Shown piece after piece: positions 49,510 through 60,038 of a stretch of DNA of 64,000 nt. The first letter of the stretch is position 1. Each line of letters starts with the position of its first letter. A program made the position numbers and the translations under genes. Source of the DNA: an uncultured Candidatus Peribacteria bacterium (lineage in GTDB: Bacteria > Patescibacteriota > Gracilibacteria > RBG-16-42-10); contig CAZERA010000002.1 in NCBI GenBank assembly GCA_964514565.1, forward strand, positions 68,111 to 132,110. The letters run 5' to 3'. The notes below the pieces were generated by a model. It saw only the letters and a list, made by a program, of their open reading frames with translations, searched no databases and had not been told where the DNA came from.

Positions 49510-50071
49510 ATGTCTGATCAAATCACTCCAAACACCGAAACTGCTACTCCACCCGAACAAACAACACCTTCTACAAAGAATGGCCCAAATCTCAATGATC
49601 TCAAAAACTCAGGTCAAAAGATTCTAAGCCAACTAATGCAATTAGGAATGAATACCAAGCTGCTCTTAGGTGGAGCCTTGTTGACCTTTATTGCTACTTT
49701 CCTTCCTGCATATGGCTTTTCTGCTCCTTACTACACCACTTCTTTTACCAATTTTTCTAACTTAGGTTGGTTGAGCTGGTTAGCATCATTGGTAGTAATA
49801 GTACTAATCATATTGCCACTTTTCAAAATCACTATTCCAATGCCATGGCCTACTAGCCTGATGCACTTGATAGTAAGTATTATTGGTGTAGTAGCTGCCG
49901 TAATTCAACTACTCACCTACCAATTTGAGGACCACCCAATGGGGTGGTCCTCAAATTGGTATTTTCTTGGTTTTACTGGGCACCTCTCTTATGACTTATA
50001 GCGCTTACAATGAGCAAAAAATCATCCCCCAACCAACGCAAGAACAAAACAACAACACCACTCAACAATAA
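49510..50071 (+). pseudogene. Membrane protein apparently frameshifted near 49904-49925
   Basis: The +1 frame gives a fourth TM helix and polar tail (WGGPQIGIFLVLLGTSLMTYSAYNEQK...) ending at TAA 50069-50071. Confidence 0.6.
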
Positions 50072-50132
50072 AAGACCACTCACGCCCAATCTCAAAAAGA
50101 TTCCTGCAGAAGTGATAGACAGCAATGACGAC

Positions 50133-53100
50133 ATGCTCATTGCCAGTAGGCCGATTGCGCGAGAGCGTGCTAGTTTTAGACCAATTGAAAACCAGAAAAC
50201 TATGCCGCCAGTAAAAAGGTGGAAGCTATGGTCTTGGTATGCTCTAGTCTTCTTCTTGGGCTCTACTCTGGTTACCTCAATTTTTGGCTTTGTTTATATC
50301 TTGCTGATCCTCAAAGATCTGCCTAGTCCTGAGGCATTGACCAATATTACTATTGTATCTACCACCAAAATATTAGCTCGTGATGGCACTTTACTTTATG
50401 AAGCTGGTGATGATGGTGCACGCAGGACCGTAGTTGGCTTGGATCAAATCAATCAACACATGATCGATGCAACCCTCGCCGCCGAAGATGACAAATTCTT
50501 TTCTCACCCAGGTTTTGATTGGCAAGGTATTGCACGAGCCCTGTATCAAGACAGTATAAACTTCCTCACTGGCAATAGCGCTCGACAAGGTGGCTCAACT
50601 ATCACTCAACAGTTAGTAAAGCTATCATTTCTCACACCAGAAAGGACGCTCAAAAGAAAAGTGAGCGAACTTATTTTGTCTCTAGAACTAGAGCAACAAT
50701 ATAGCAAACAGCAAATCTTGGAAATGTACCTCAACAAAATATTCTATGGCTATCAATCTTATGGTATTGAAGCTGCCGCGCGCACTTATTTCAATAAAGA
50801 TGCCAAGAGCCTAACTATTGCTGAAAGCGCTACATTAGCCGGTATCCCTCAGTCCCCTACCCGATACTCTCCGTACAACAACAAAGATGCCCTCATGTCC
50901 CGTAAAAAATACATACTAGGTAGAATGCATACATTGGGACTACTCAATGATGCAGAGTTCAATAAAGCCTCCAATGATGAAATAGTGTTCCAACCAGTAA
51001 GAGCCAGCATCCGAGCTCCTCACTTTGTTTTTTATATTTTACAAGAACTCGAAAAAACATATGGTGAACAAATCCGAGGTCTCAATGTCTATACAAGTTT
51101 AGACATCAACCTCCAAGATCAAGCTGAAAAAGCAGTCAAAGAGGGGGCACTCAAAAACGAAAAAGCACATGGAGCTAAAAATGCAGGACTGATTAGTATA
51201 GATCCCAAAACTGGTGAGATTTTAGCCATGGTCGGTTCAAGAGATTATTTTGATGACTCAGTGGATGGTCAGGTAAATGTGATCACATCAAAGAGACAAC
51301 CTGGCTCCACGTTCAAGCCATTCACCTACGCTACCCTTTTCACCAAAGGATACGGCACTGGTACGGTTTTCTTCGATGTGAAAACAGATTTTGGCAACAA
51401 ATACATGCCAGTCGATTACGATGGTAAATTCCGAGGCCCAGTAACAGTACGTACAGCCCTTTCAAACTCTCTCAACATCCCAGCAGTAGCAGCACAGTAT
51501 CTTGCTAATCCAGAAGATACGCTGACATTACTCAACAAAATGGGTATTGATTATTTGGACAAAAGCATGGCTGCCAATACCGGTCTAGCTTTGGCTTTGG
51601 GTGTAGAAGAAATCACACCACTGGACATGGTGCGTGCTTATAGTGTCTTTGCCAACAATGGTATCAAACGGGATATTGGTGGCATTATGCGCATCACCAG
51701 TGACCGTGGCAATGAGATCTGGAAACGTACTGTCGATCCAGGCCAAGAAGTATTGGATCCACAAGCGGCCTATCTCATCAGCAATATTTTATCAGACAAT
51801 AACGCTCGCCCAGCTGGTTGGACCAATTTAGTGATTCCGAATCAAACAGTGGCTGTAAAAACAGGAACCTCTATCAATATTGTGAATAATGTAAAAAAAC
51901 CAAAAGACCTTTGGACTATTGGTTATACCCCAAGCATCGTAACCGGCGTATGGGTAGGAAATAATCAAGGTGACATTCCTGTGCTCACAGCGGATGGTAT
52001 TACTGATGCTGCTAGTATTTGGAAAGCCTATATGGTCAAAGCGCTAGACAAGAAACCTAGAGAAGAATTTGCTCGACCTGAACAGATCAAAGAAATAAGC
52101 ATTAGCACCCTTTCTGGATTACTACCAAGCAGCACAACACCAAGCGATAAAATACGTACTGAGCTGTATCCAGATTATGGCGTACCTCAGCTAGTAGAAC
52201 AAGGATTCCAATCAGCAAAAGTGGATCAGATCTCAGGAAAATTGGCTACTGAATCGTGTCCTACCAATACCTCGCTCTATGTTTACCAAAACTACCATAG
52301 TATTTTGTACTATCTGCGTCCGGATGATCCAGCCCTGAAACGTTGGGAAGATGGCGTACAAGGATGGGCACAAAACAATAAAGGAACACCAACTTCTAAC
52401 GATCCCAATGCGCCAGGCGTTAATAGTACTACTGCCGATGGTATTCCAATTGTCTATGTAGATGACCCAAGCAAAATCCCTACTGAGACTTGTAACATCA
52501 TCCCTCCAAGCGAAGTGGGAATCGAACTATTAAGTCCAGGTGAAGGTGACAAGATCGCCAATGGACCAAACCAGGCATTATTTTCTTATCATGACCCAGC
52601 ATCAATTAGCAAAGTAGGCGTATACTTCGATGACAAATTGGTTGGTAGTAATGACACAGGCCGCTTTGAGAGTATCAACTTCAATGTACCTATTAGTACA
52701 CTCGGTTCGGTACACACCTTAAGGTTTGTCTTTACATTAGTGGATGGTCGTCAAAGCTTTATGCAGATTGGGGTAGTGGTATCAGACGATACCAGTGGCC
52801 CTGGTGTCACCCTCCAGTCTCCATTTGAACATCAAGTAGTGCATCCAGGTGAGACATTTCAAATCAGTGCTGCTGTCACTGACAATAAAAAGGTGACCAA
52901 GGTGGAATTCTTCTTTGATGGCACACCAATTATCACTCTCGAAAATAGCCCCTATATCACTTCATACTTCATTGCCAACGACACTGCCCAGGGCCAGCAT
53001 GAGTTGCTGCTACGCGCATATGATGACAGTGGCAATGTCACCAGAGTAAAGAGAACTATTGATATCGTGCAAAATACGACAAATCAAAGAAGTGCTAGTA

Positions 53101-53180
53101 ACAGTACCAGCACTTCTTCACCTACACCGCTATCTCTTCCTACCATACTACCCTCACCAACTAACGAGGTATTACTTTAA
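50133..53180 (+). CDS. Class A penicillin-binding protein (PBP1A-like) with C-terminal Ig-like domains
   Basis: EDDKFFSH, GGSTITQQL, RKVSE; STFK, SLN, KTGT; C-terminal VTDN..VTKVEFF..AYD.SGN; ORF open from 50010, start uncertain. Confidence 0.92.
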   Translation: MLIASRPIARERASFRPIENQKTMPPVKRWKLWSWYALVFFLGSTLVTSIFGFVYILLILKDLPSPEALTNITIVSTTKILARDGTLLYEAGDDGARRTVVGLDQINQHMIDATLAAEDDKFFSHPGFDWQGIARALYQDSINFLTGNSARQGGSTITQQLVKLSFLTPERTLKRKVSELILSLELEQQYSKQQILEMYLNKIFYGYQSYGIEAAARTYFNKDAKSLTIAESATLAGIPQSPTRYSPYNNKDALMSRKKYILGRMHTLGLLNDAEFNKASNDEIVFQPVRASIRAPHFVFYILQELEKTYGEQIRGLNVYTSLDINLQDQAEKAVKEGALKNEKAHGAKNAGLISIDPKTGEILAMVGSRDYFDDSVDGQVNVITSKRQPGSTFKPFTYATLFTKGYGTGTVFFDVKTDFGNKYMPVDYDGKFRGPVTVRTALSNSLNIPAVAAQYLANPEDTLTLLNKMGIDYLDKSMAANTGLALALGVEEITPLDMVRAYSVFANNGIKRDIGGIMRITSDRGNEIWKRTVDPGQEVLDPQAAYLISNILSDNNARPAGWTNLVIPNQTVAVKTGTSINIVNNVKKPKDLWTIGYTPSIVTGVWVGNNQGDIPVLTADGITDAASIWKAYMVKALDKKPREEFARPEQIKEISISTLSGLLPSSTTPSDKIRTELYPDYGVPQLVEQGFQSAKVDQISGKLATESCPTNTSLYVYQNYHSILYYLRPDDPALKRWEDGVQGWAQNNKGTPTSNDPNAPGVNSTTADGIPIVYVDDPSKIPTETCNIIPPSEVGIELLSPGEGDKIANGPNQALFSYHDPASISKVGVYFDDKLVGSNDTGRFESINFNVPISTLGSVHTLRFVFTLVDGRQSFMQIGVVVSDDTSGPGVTLQSPFEHQVVHPGETFQISAAVTDNKKVTKVEFFFDGTPIITLENSPYITSYFIANDTAQGQHELLLRAYDDSGNVTRVKRTIDIVQNTTNQRSASNSTSTSSPTPLSLPTILPSPTNEVLL

Positions 53181-54517
53181 GCTTTCGCTTTCTTCGCTTT
53201 AGCTTTTACAACAGTTTTTTTAGCCTTTACTGTAGCCTTGGGAGCTTTAGCTTCCTTTACTGCCTTAGCTACGACAGCCTTCTTTTTAGCCACAGGTTTC
53301 TTAGCCTTTTTTTCTGGCGCTGCCACTGCAGGAGTCTCAGAAGTACTGCTTACTACGGTAGTGATATCAGCTTGTGCTTGTTCTACAGGTAAAACACGGT
53401 CACGACTAGACATCATAGCCATCTCTTCTACTTTGACTGGAGCAGCTTCCTTTGGTGCTACAGGTTGACCTACAGGCTCATTACCAGCTACAAAATCTTC
53501 AATATCAATCTCCCAGCCAGTCAGCTGTGAAGCCAAACGGACATTTTGCCCCATCTTACCAATGGCCAAAGACCGTTGGTCCTCAGTCACATAGACCTTC
53601 GCTAACTTTTGATTCTTCAATAACTCAATACTAACAATCTTGGCTGGTGAAAGTGAATTGATTAAAAACTTAATAGGATCAGACGACCATTCAATCACAT
53701 CAATGCGTTCACGGCCCAATTCGTCAGTAACTGCTTGAATACGTACACCCTTTTGACCTACACAAGCACCTACAGGGTCGATACCTTCTTCTTTGGCAGC
53801 AACCGCCACCTTTGTACGCACACCAGCTTCACGAGCAATTACCTTGATCTCCACCAACCCTTCACTAACTTCAGGTACTTCCAAGTCTAGTAAAGCTTTG
53901 ATCAAATCAGGATGCGAGCGTGAGATAATAATCTGAGGTCCTTTTTCATTACGAGCCACTTTCTCCAATAAAACCTTAATACGTTGACCATTGAAGAGAC
54001 GCTCACCAGGAATCTGATGTTGTCTTTCCAAAACTACAGTAGCCTTTTCTAGATCAATGAAAGCATCACCTTGACGTTCTACACGTTGAATCTGAGCAGA
54101 AAGAAGCTCTCCTTCATGATCTTTGTAGAGATTATAAATCGCCTCACGCTCTGCTTCACGTACACGTTGGATGATGACCTGCTTAGCAGTCTGAGCTGCA
54201 ATGCGACCGTATTCTTTTGGTGTGACCTCTACCTCAATAGTCGCCCCTACTTTTGCTGTCTTTCGCACTTTCTTTGCATCAGCAAGATCCTTTTCAAAGT
54301 CACGGTTGGCTACAGTAGCGACCACATCAAACTGTTGATACACATTTGTAAGTCCAGTCTGAGGATCAAATACCACACGTAATTTCTGTTCTTGTGATCC
54401 AAAATCTTTACGGTAAGCGGCACCCAAGGCTGCTTCAATCGCTTCGATTACTACTTTGGGATCAATATGTTTCTCATCACAGATCTGAGCTATCGCTGCT
54501 GCAAATTTTGATTGCAT
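53177..54517 (-). CDS. nusA: Transcription factor NusA with Lys/Ala-rich tail
   Basis: [43 protein letters not shown]. Confidence 0.97.
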   Translation of the reverse strand: MQSKFAAAIAQICDEKHIDPKVVIEAIEAALGAAYRKDFGSQEQKLRVVFDPQTGLTNVYQQFDVVATVANRDFEKDLADAKKVRKTAKVGATIEVEVTPKEYGRIAAQTAKQVIIQRVREAEREAIYNLYKDHEGELLSAQIQRVERQGDAFIDLEKATVVLERQHQIPGERLFNGQRIKVLLEKVARNEKGPQIIISRSHPDLIKALLDLEVPEVSEGLVEIKVIAREAGVRTKVAVAAKEEGIDPVGACVGQKGVRIQAVTDELGRERIDVIEWSSDPIKFLINSLSPAKIVSIELLKNQKLAKVYVTEDQRSLAIGKMGQNVRLASQLTGWEIDIEDFVAGNEPVGQPVAPKEAAPVKVEEMAMMSSRDRVLPVEQAQADITTVVSSTSETPAVAAPEKKAKKPVAKKKAVVAKAVKEAKAPKATVKAKKTVVKAKAKKAKA

Positions 54518-54719
54518 ACAAATTAGTTAAAAATAATTGCTATATAAAAAAGGCCTAGCTTGATAGTCAAGTTAGTACCATATATTTATACCGTAATTTC
54601 AAATCTATTATAGAGAGAGCTTTTCTAATTAGCAAATTTACTGGCTCAATTTATAGGCATAATCCGTTTGTACATTAGTAAACGCTCAGGTAAAATTCCC
54701 CTGTATTTTTCCCTCACCA

Positions 54720-55841
54720 ATGATTGTATTTGCCTTGATTACTTTGGCTGCAGCATTAGTTATTAGTCTGCATGTTTTGATCAATTTAGTAGTATGCCTC
54801 AAACCTGCTGCGAAAAACGACAAAGATTATGGATTAGTCAGTATTCTGATACCTGCTCGCAATGAAGCAAAAGTAATTGAGAAATGTGTCCGTTCTTTGA
54901 TGGCCCAAGACTACAAAAATATCGAAGTGATTGTTTATAATGATCAATCTACTGATGATACTGGCGAGATTATGGAACGACTAATACTAGAAGACCCCCG
55001 CATCAAAGTAATGCACGGTGATCACCTACCTACCGGCTGGGTCGGCAAATGTCATGGCTGTCATCAAATGAGCGTCAAAGCTCAAGGCAAATGGCTCCTT
55101 TTTGGTGATAGTGACATCACTATGACACCGGATGCAGTACAAAGAGCGCTCGCGACAGCTGACAAACACCAGGTCTCTTTTCTTTCCCTCTTCCCTCGTT
55201 TTGATAACTATGGCTTTTGGGAAAAAATGACATTGCCACTCTTTTATTTTTATCTATTTAGTTTCATGCCGATATGGGTAGTAAACCGCACCCAGAATAC
55301 TAACTTTGTGGCAGCCAATGGCTCTTTTATATTGGTTGAACGTAGTCTGTATGACCAAGTCGGCGGTCACGAAGTAGTGAAAGACAAGATACTAGAAGAT
55401 GTCTTGCTGGCTAGACATGTCAAAGGCCAAGGCCATCGCATCATCTATGGAGACGGTAGCAGCATTTATTCCGCCCATATGTACGACACACTCGGCCAGA
55501 TCTGGGAAGGCTTTAGTAAAAATAGTTTTTCATTTTTCAAGTGGAACTACCTACTGGCCACTGCTTTCATTGCCATTGGCATTACTATCTGTGTGAGCCC
55601 CTTTGTACTAGTTTTTCTGCAAATGAATCAAGGTACACTTTTCTTTCATATTGAGCTCACCACTGTACTGATTTACTTTGCCACCATGGCAATTATTTGT
55701 ACCCATATTAGACAAAGTATTTGGGGCATTATTTTCTTCCCCATCTCATTATTTTTAAGCTTCAGTGTCATCATCAACTCCATGTATCGGGTAGCTACCG
55801 GAAAAGGTCTTACCTGGAAAGGAAGAAGCTACGCTAAGTAA
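54720..55841 (+). CDS. Membrane GT2 glycosyltransferase (CrtQ/HpnB-like)
   Basis: IPARNE, DQSTD, GWVGK, DSD, ANGSF, EDV, MY..IWEGFSKN, WKGR. Confidence 0.75.
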   Translation: MIVFALITLAAALVISLHVLINLVVCLKPAAKNDKDYGLVSILIPARNEAKVIEKCVRSLMAQDYKNIEVIVYNDQSTDDTGEIMERLILEDPRIKVMHGDHLPTGWVGKCHGCHQMSVKAQGKWLLFGDSDITMTPDAVQRALATADKHQVSFLSLFPRFDNYGFWEKMTLPLFYFYLFSFMPIWVVNRTQNTNFVAANGSFILVERSLYDQVGGHEVVKDKILEDVLLARHVKGQGHRIIYGDGSSIYSAHMYDTLGQIWEGFSKNSFSFFKWNYLLATAFIAIGITICVSPFVLVFLQMNQGTLFFHIELTTVLIYFATMAIICTHIRQSIWGIIFFPISLFLSFSVIINSMYRVATGKGLTWKGRSYAK

Positions 55842-55861
55842 AGTAGTATTTTTATTTAGCT

Positions 55862-56641
55862 TTATTTGGGAGGAAAAGTGTATTGGGCTATTGCTTTCGC
55901 CTGTGATAAAACCTCCCGATTATTTGGGTCAATTAAAGGACTGGTCCGAACTATTGGATGGGCATCGGCTCTGACAATTTTTCTAAGTGCACAGATTACA
56001 TTTTCTAATGAATAAGGCTGCAAACTTTTTACACGATCTTTGACAGCTGTTTTGAACGATGACGCAATCGCACGGTTGGCCATAACCATCGGCTTTCCAC
56101 GAAAGAAAGACCAATCCTCTAAACCGCTGGTATGACAGGTAACACTGCTGGCCAAATCACCGTGATATTTCTCACGCGAAACATGATGGACTGAGCTTTC
56201 CATTACCATATCAGAGTCGCCTAAAAGCTGATAATAGGCTAATGATGAAGCAATCCCTTGTACATCAAACATATCATCTCCCCCAAAATCACTATCTCTC
56301 CTCGGATCTAGACCGGCTGAATAATGATTAATAATCTTACCGGAGTAAGCATCAATAACTCCCACTGGTGTGCGTACTTTCCAATCCAATTGCACGATTA
56401 GTTCAGCTCGAACTTCATGCAGAGCTCGAAGCAAGTGCGACTCGAAGAATTTCCCTTCTTGTAGCTGGGGACTAAAAGCTTGCGTACTGACCCCCAAAGT
56501 CCGAGCCATGTGAGCGACACTGCTATTAGCATTAGTAATCACACAAACAGGTTCACAGCCCTTTACCATTCCACTACTGACTTGTTGCAATAAAGGTCCC
56601 GCCAACTCCCCTTCGCTTGATGATAAAATAGCTAATCGCAT
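55862..56641 (-). CDS. PurN/formyltransferase-fold protein with altered catalytic residues
   Basis: RLAILSS, VCVITN, IINHYSAGLDP..DFGG, SSVHHV..YHG. Confidence 0.6.
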   Translation of the reverse strand: MRLAILSSSEGELAGPLLQQVSSGMVKGCEPVCVITNANSSVAHMARTLGVSTQAFSPQLQEGKFFESHLLRALHEVRAELIVQLDWKVRTPVGVIDAYSGKIINHYSAGLDPRRDSDFGGDDMFDVQGIASSLAYYQLLGDSDMVMESSVHHVSREKYHGDLASSVTCHTSGLEDWSFFRGKPMVMANRAIASSFKTAVKDRVKSLQPYSLENVICALRKIVRADAHPIVRTSPLIDPNNREVLSQAKAIAQYTFPPK

Positions 56642-56727
56642 GAATAAAAATGAAAAGGAGAAAAACCTAGCATTCTTTCATTGTAATTTAAAGCATAATT
56701 AATCTGCCCCAGAAGCTATAATGACTC

Positions 56728-57783
56728 CTAATGCTGCCCCATCCCAATTAAACCAATAATCACCCCGATCACAGCAGTCACCCCCCCCAAAATCCACAGT
56801 CGCATGGTCACATTGTATTCAGGCAGTCCCCAATGCTCCAACAGATGATGCATAGGGGTGATAGCAAAGAGTTTGCGACCCAAGAAACGTTTAGAACCAA
56901 TCTGGAGCAGGCTAGATGTTGTTTCTAATACAAAAACAAAACCAATAATCGGCAAAATAACCATCGAATTAGTAAGCATAGCTATCACTCCCAGAGTAGC
57001 ACCAAAAGAATAGGCGCCAGTGTCCCCCATAAAAAACTTGGCAGGAGGGATATTGTACCAAAGGAATGCAGTTAGGCTACCAATCAAAATGCCACAAAAA
57101 GCAGTCAAGACAAACAACTGGTCAACAAAAGCTAAAATACCAAAAGCACCAAAGGCCATGATCAACAAACCGGCAGCCAGTCCATCCAGACCATCCGTAA
57201 TATTGACGGCATTGCTAGAAGCAATAATCACAAAAGCAAAAATAGGTATATACCAAAGCCCAATAAAAAAGTCACCAATAGCTGGCAAATGAATCTCGTT
57301 GTACCCAAGCTTGCTATAAAACCACCAAGCCCCGATCAAGCCAAAAAGAGTCAGCCAAAAAAGCTTCGGTTTTGCCCCAATTCCCTTTTGGGTACCAATG
57401 CCACGAATATTATAATAGTCATCCAAAGCCCCTAGTAAACCAGTCACAACCAAAGTAAACAAAGGTAAATACGTCTGACCACGATCCCAAACTGAGAATG
57501 ATTCCGGCAAAATATTGAGATGCACCAGTAAACCAGATAGCAAAACAATGGCAGCAGTCATACCCCATACTAAAATACCAGCCATAGTAGGTGTCCCAGC
57601 TTTCTTTTGATGCAAGGAACGGAAAATAGTAGATTGCTTACCATCTACAGTCTCTTCTCGAATCTGCTTGCCAAAACGATTCTTGGTCAGGAACGCACAA
57701 AAAGCCGGAGCGACCAACATCGTCAATACAAAAGCCAAGGTGCTATAACCAAAAATATAGACCAAGACAGGAATATAATTCAT
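56728..57783 (-). CDS. mraY: Phospho-MurNAc-pentapeptide transferase
   Basis: KAGTPTMAG, LDDY, NAVNITDGLDGL, FMGDTG, PMHHLLE. Confidence 0.96.
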   Translation of the reverse strand: MNYIPVLVYIFGYSTLAFVLTMLVAPAFCAFLTKNRFGKQIREETVDGKQSTIFRSLHQKKAGTPTMAGILVWGMTAAIVLLSGLLVHLNILPESFSVWDRGQTYLPLFTLVVTGLLGALDDYYNIRGIGTQKGIGAKPKLFWLTLFGLIGAWWFYSKLGYNEIHLPAIGDFFIGLWYIPIFAFVIIASSNAVNITDGLDGLAAGLLIMAFGAFGILAFVDQLFVLTAFCGILIGSLTAFLWYNIPPAKFFMGDTGAYSFGATLGVIAMLTNSMVILPIIGFVFVLETTSSLLQIGSKRFLGRKLFAITPMHHLLEHWGLPEYNVTMRLWILGGVTAVIGVIIGLIGMGQH

Positions 57784-57794
57784 AGCGATACGAT

Positions 57795-58301
57795 TTATTC
57801 TGGAATAGAAGTAGGCTGTACACGTAATTGTACCTTGATCCTACGAGTGAATCCTTCCCCAATACTATATACCTCTAGATCGGCATATTCAGGCTGCATA
57901 AAGAGCGTATGAACAGCACGACGACGGTAGCTAGGCATAGGTGCAAGCTCCACTGCAATCCCTTCAGAACGGACTTTATTCGCTGCATCACGAGCAATGA
58001 GCTCAGCATTTGCTTCTTGATTTTTGCGATAGTTATCAATATCCAGGACCACTTCCAAATCAGGATCAACATAGCGGCGGACCAAAAGTCGCCACATATG
58101 TTGGAGCGCAAACAGCGTCTCTCCCTGACGACCAATAGCTACAGCTGGTACTTTTGCTTTGAGATTGATACGAAGCAAAATTGCTTTTCCTTCTACAGGA
58201 GCTTCCTCCTTCTCCTCCATCTCCCAGTCCTCGATTTCTACCAATGATTTAGACAATAAATCTTGCAGCAGAGCGATAGCTTTTCGTAACATTTCTTCCA
58301 T
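57795..58301 (-). CDS. jag: Jag/KhpB-like RNA-binding protein (KH and R3H domains)
   Basis: IGRQGETLFALQH, LDIDNYR, PM..RRRAVH; downstream of yidC. Confidence 0.85.
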   Translation of the reverse strand: MEEMLRKAIALLQDLLSKSLVEIEDWEMEEKEEAPVEGKAILLRINLKAKVPAVAIGRQGETLFALQHMWRLLVRRYVDPDLEVVLDIDNYRKNQEANAELIARDAANKVRSEGIAVELAPMPSYRRRAVHTLFMQPEYADLEVYSIGEGFTRRIKVQLRVQPTSIPE

Positions 58302-58313
58302 AAAAGCATGAAG

Positions 58314-59060
58314 TTAATCGCGACGATTGAGGATCATTTGTTGACCAATACCAAACAAAGTTGAGAATATCCAGTATAGAGCCAAACCAGCAGGATAACT
58401 GCGAGCGAACCAGGCCAAAAGTAATGGCAATACGTACAACATTGAATTAGTAGCCTGCTCCAATTCTTTCATTTGCTTAGGTTCTTGAGAATCCTTAGGA
58501 GTAATATCACGGACCTTAGCCTTCTGTTTAGCTTGGGCCAACTTCATTGAAATAAATTGGGTAACACCAGTCAAAATAGGCAAAATATAGAGATCCGGTT
58601 GAGTCAAATTCATACCCAAGAAATAGATATTGATTGTATTTAAGTCAAAGCTAGCAAAAGACGCATACAAGAAGTGCGTATATTCAGGATTTAAACCATT
58701 TCTTAGTACAGCAAACACGGCATACAAGAAAGGCAATTGAATCACTACAGGCAGACAGCCTCCACAAGGATGGACACCGTGTTCCTTATAGAGCTTCATC
58801 ACTTCTTCAGCTTGTTTTTGCTGATCTTTAGCGTACTTAGTCCGAGCTTCATTGATCTTAGGCTGCAGCTGTTGCAAGCCCTTTTGTTGTTTGAGACTAG
58901 AATAGGTAGGAAAAAACAAAACAATTCTAATCAACAAGGTAAGCACAATAATTGCCAAGCCTAAGTTGTGCCCTGGCATCCAGGTAGTCAGCCACAAAAG
59001 TAGATTGTAGATCGGCCGCAATAAAACCTCATCCCAAAGAGCAGTAAGCATACCAAACAT
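58314..59060 (-). CDS. yidC: Membrane protein insertase YidC (short form)
   Basis: GLAIIVLTLLIR, LQPKI, GCLP..IQLP, GLALYW. Confidence 0.95.
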   Translation of the reverse strand: MFGMLTALWDEVLLRPIYNLLLWLTTWMPGHNLGLAIIVLTLLIRIVLFFPTYSSLKQQKGLQQLQPKINEARTKYAKDQQKQAEEVMKLYKEHGVHPCGGCLPVVIQLPFLYAVFAVLRNGLNPEYTHFLYASFASFDLNTINIYFLGMNLTQPDLYILPILTGVTQFISMKLAQAKQKAKVRDITPKDSQEPKQMKELEQATNSMLYVLPLLLAWFARSYPAGLALYWIFSTLFGIGQQMILNRRD

Positions 59061-59127
59061 AAAGACTCAATTAAAAAAAATAGTAGGGGCCCCAATACAT
59101 CGATCAGAGGATAGCAGTGAGATTTCT

Positions 59128-59424
59128 TCAAGGCAAATCTATTCCACCCGGATGCCAAGGATTGCAACGAAAAAGTCTACCGGTTGTCTTCCATCCACCT
59201 CGAAGTAACCCATATTGGTACAGGCTCTGAGCACAATATTCCGAACAAGATGGATAAAAATGACAGTACCCATGGGGGTACAATGATTTACCTAGTCTGC
59301 TGTGATCTGGAGACACAGTGTACTGGTAAAGACGCACCAGTGCTCTAGGGATGAGGGTGGTGCCATGCCGCCAGTAACCTTTTTCCCTGAGCCAAGAGAT
59401 CCGGCCATGCAGCTTGGTAAACAT
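59128..59424 (-). CDS. yidD: Membrane protein insertion efficiency factor
   Basis: YQ..SP, CHFYPSCSEY, RLFRCNPW..GG.D; start uncertain. Confidence 0.88.
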   Translation of the reverse strand: MFTKLHGRISWLREKGYWRHGTTLIPRALVRLYQYTVSPDHSRLGKSLYPHGYCHFYPSCSEYCAQSLYQYGLLRGGWKTTGRLFRCNPWHPGGIDLP

Positions 59425-59686
59425 TTGCTTGAGCCAAGACAACACAATCATAAGGTGAAAGATGAATGAGATCGAGTACCCGCATCATAGCACGAAGACG
59501 CCGCTTTACTCTGGCTCTCTTCGGTGAAGATGGTAGCTTTTTATTGCCAATTACAATGGTAAAACACGGCAATGTATTATACTTGGGCAAATAACAGACA
59601 GAAAAAAAGGGGGTAGATAATTTACTCCCTTTTTTTAATATATATCCTACAGCACGGCTCTTTAAACGATTTGTTTGAGCAAACAC
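59345..59686 (-). CDS. rnpA: Ribonuclease P protein component
   Basis: NRLKS, KRARVKRRLR (RNR-like motif); lies between rpmH and yidD. Confidence 0.85.
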   Translation of the reverse strand: MFAQTNRLKSRAVGYILKKGSKLSTPFFSVCYLPKYNTLPCFTIVIGNKKLPSSPKRARVKRRLRAMMRVLDLIHLSPYDCVVLAQANVYQAAWPDLLAQGKRLLAAWHHPHP

Positions 59687-59695
59687 ACCAATGAA

Positions 59696-59830
59696 TTAAA
59701 CAGACAAACGTGCTCGACCAATACTGCGACGACGCGCAATTATTTTACGACCATTTGCAGTTGCCATTCGTGCTAAGAAGCCATGACGACGGAGACGACG
59801 ACGATTTTTTGTAGCATTACCTTGACGCAT
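59696..59830 (-). CDS. rpmH: 50S ribosomal protein L34 (not in the ORF track)
   Basis: Manual translation [44 protein letters not shown]. Confidence 0.95.
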   Translation of the reverse strand: MRQGNATKNRRRLRRHGFLARMATANGRKIIARRRSIGRARLSV

Positions 59831-59857
59831 ACGTATTTCAATATCAACAACGCCGAG

Positions 59858-59886
59858 AGTTTAGGGAGAAAATGAATGACTGTCAA
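59858..59886 (-). promoter_or_regulatory. sigma70 promoter of the rpmH operon
   Basis: TTGACA-17 bp-TAAACT. Confidence 0.7.
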
Positions 59887-60038
59887 CCAAGATTAGATAC
59901 GAGATCAGCGAGCGGAGATCAGAGATGATTTAGAAGAGCATTGCGATGATCGATCAAATCACAAATCTTCCAACACTATTCATTTTCAATTATTCACTGC
60001 CCTATGTTATATTGGCTTGGTCTTTTTTATCGAAAGTT

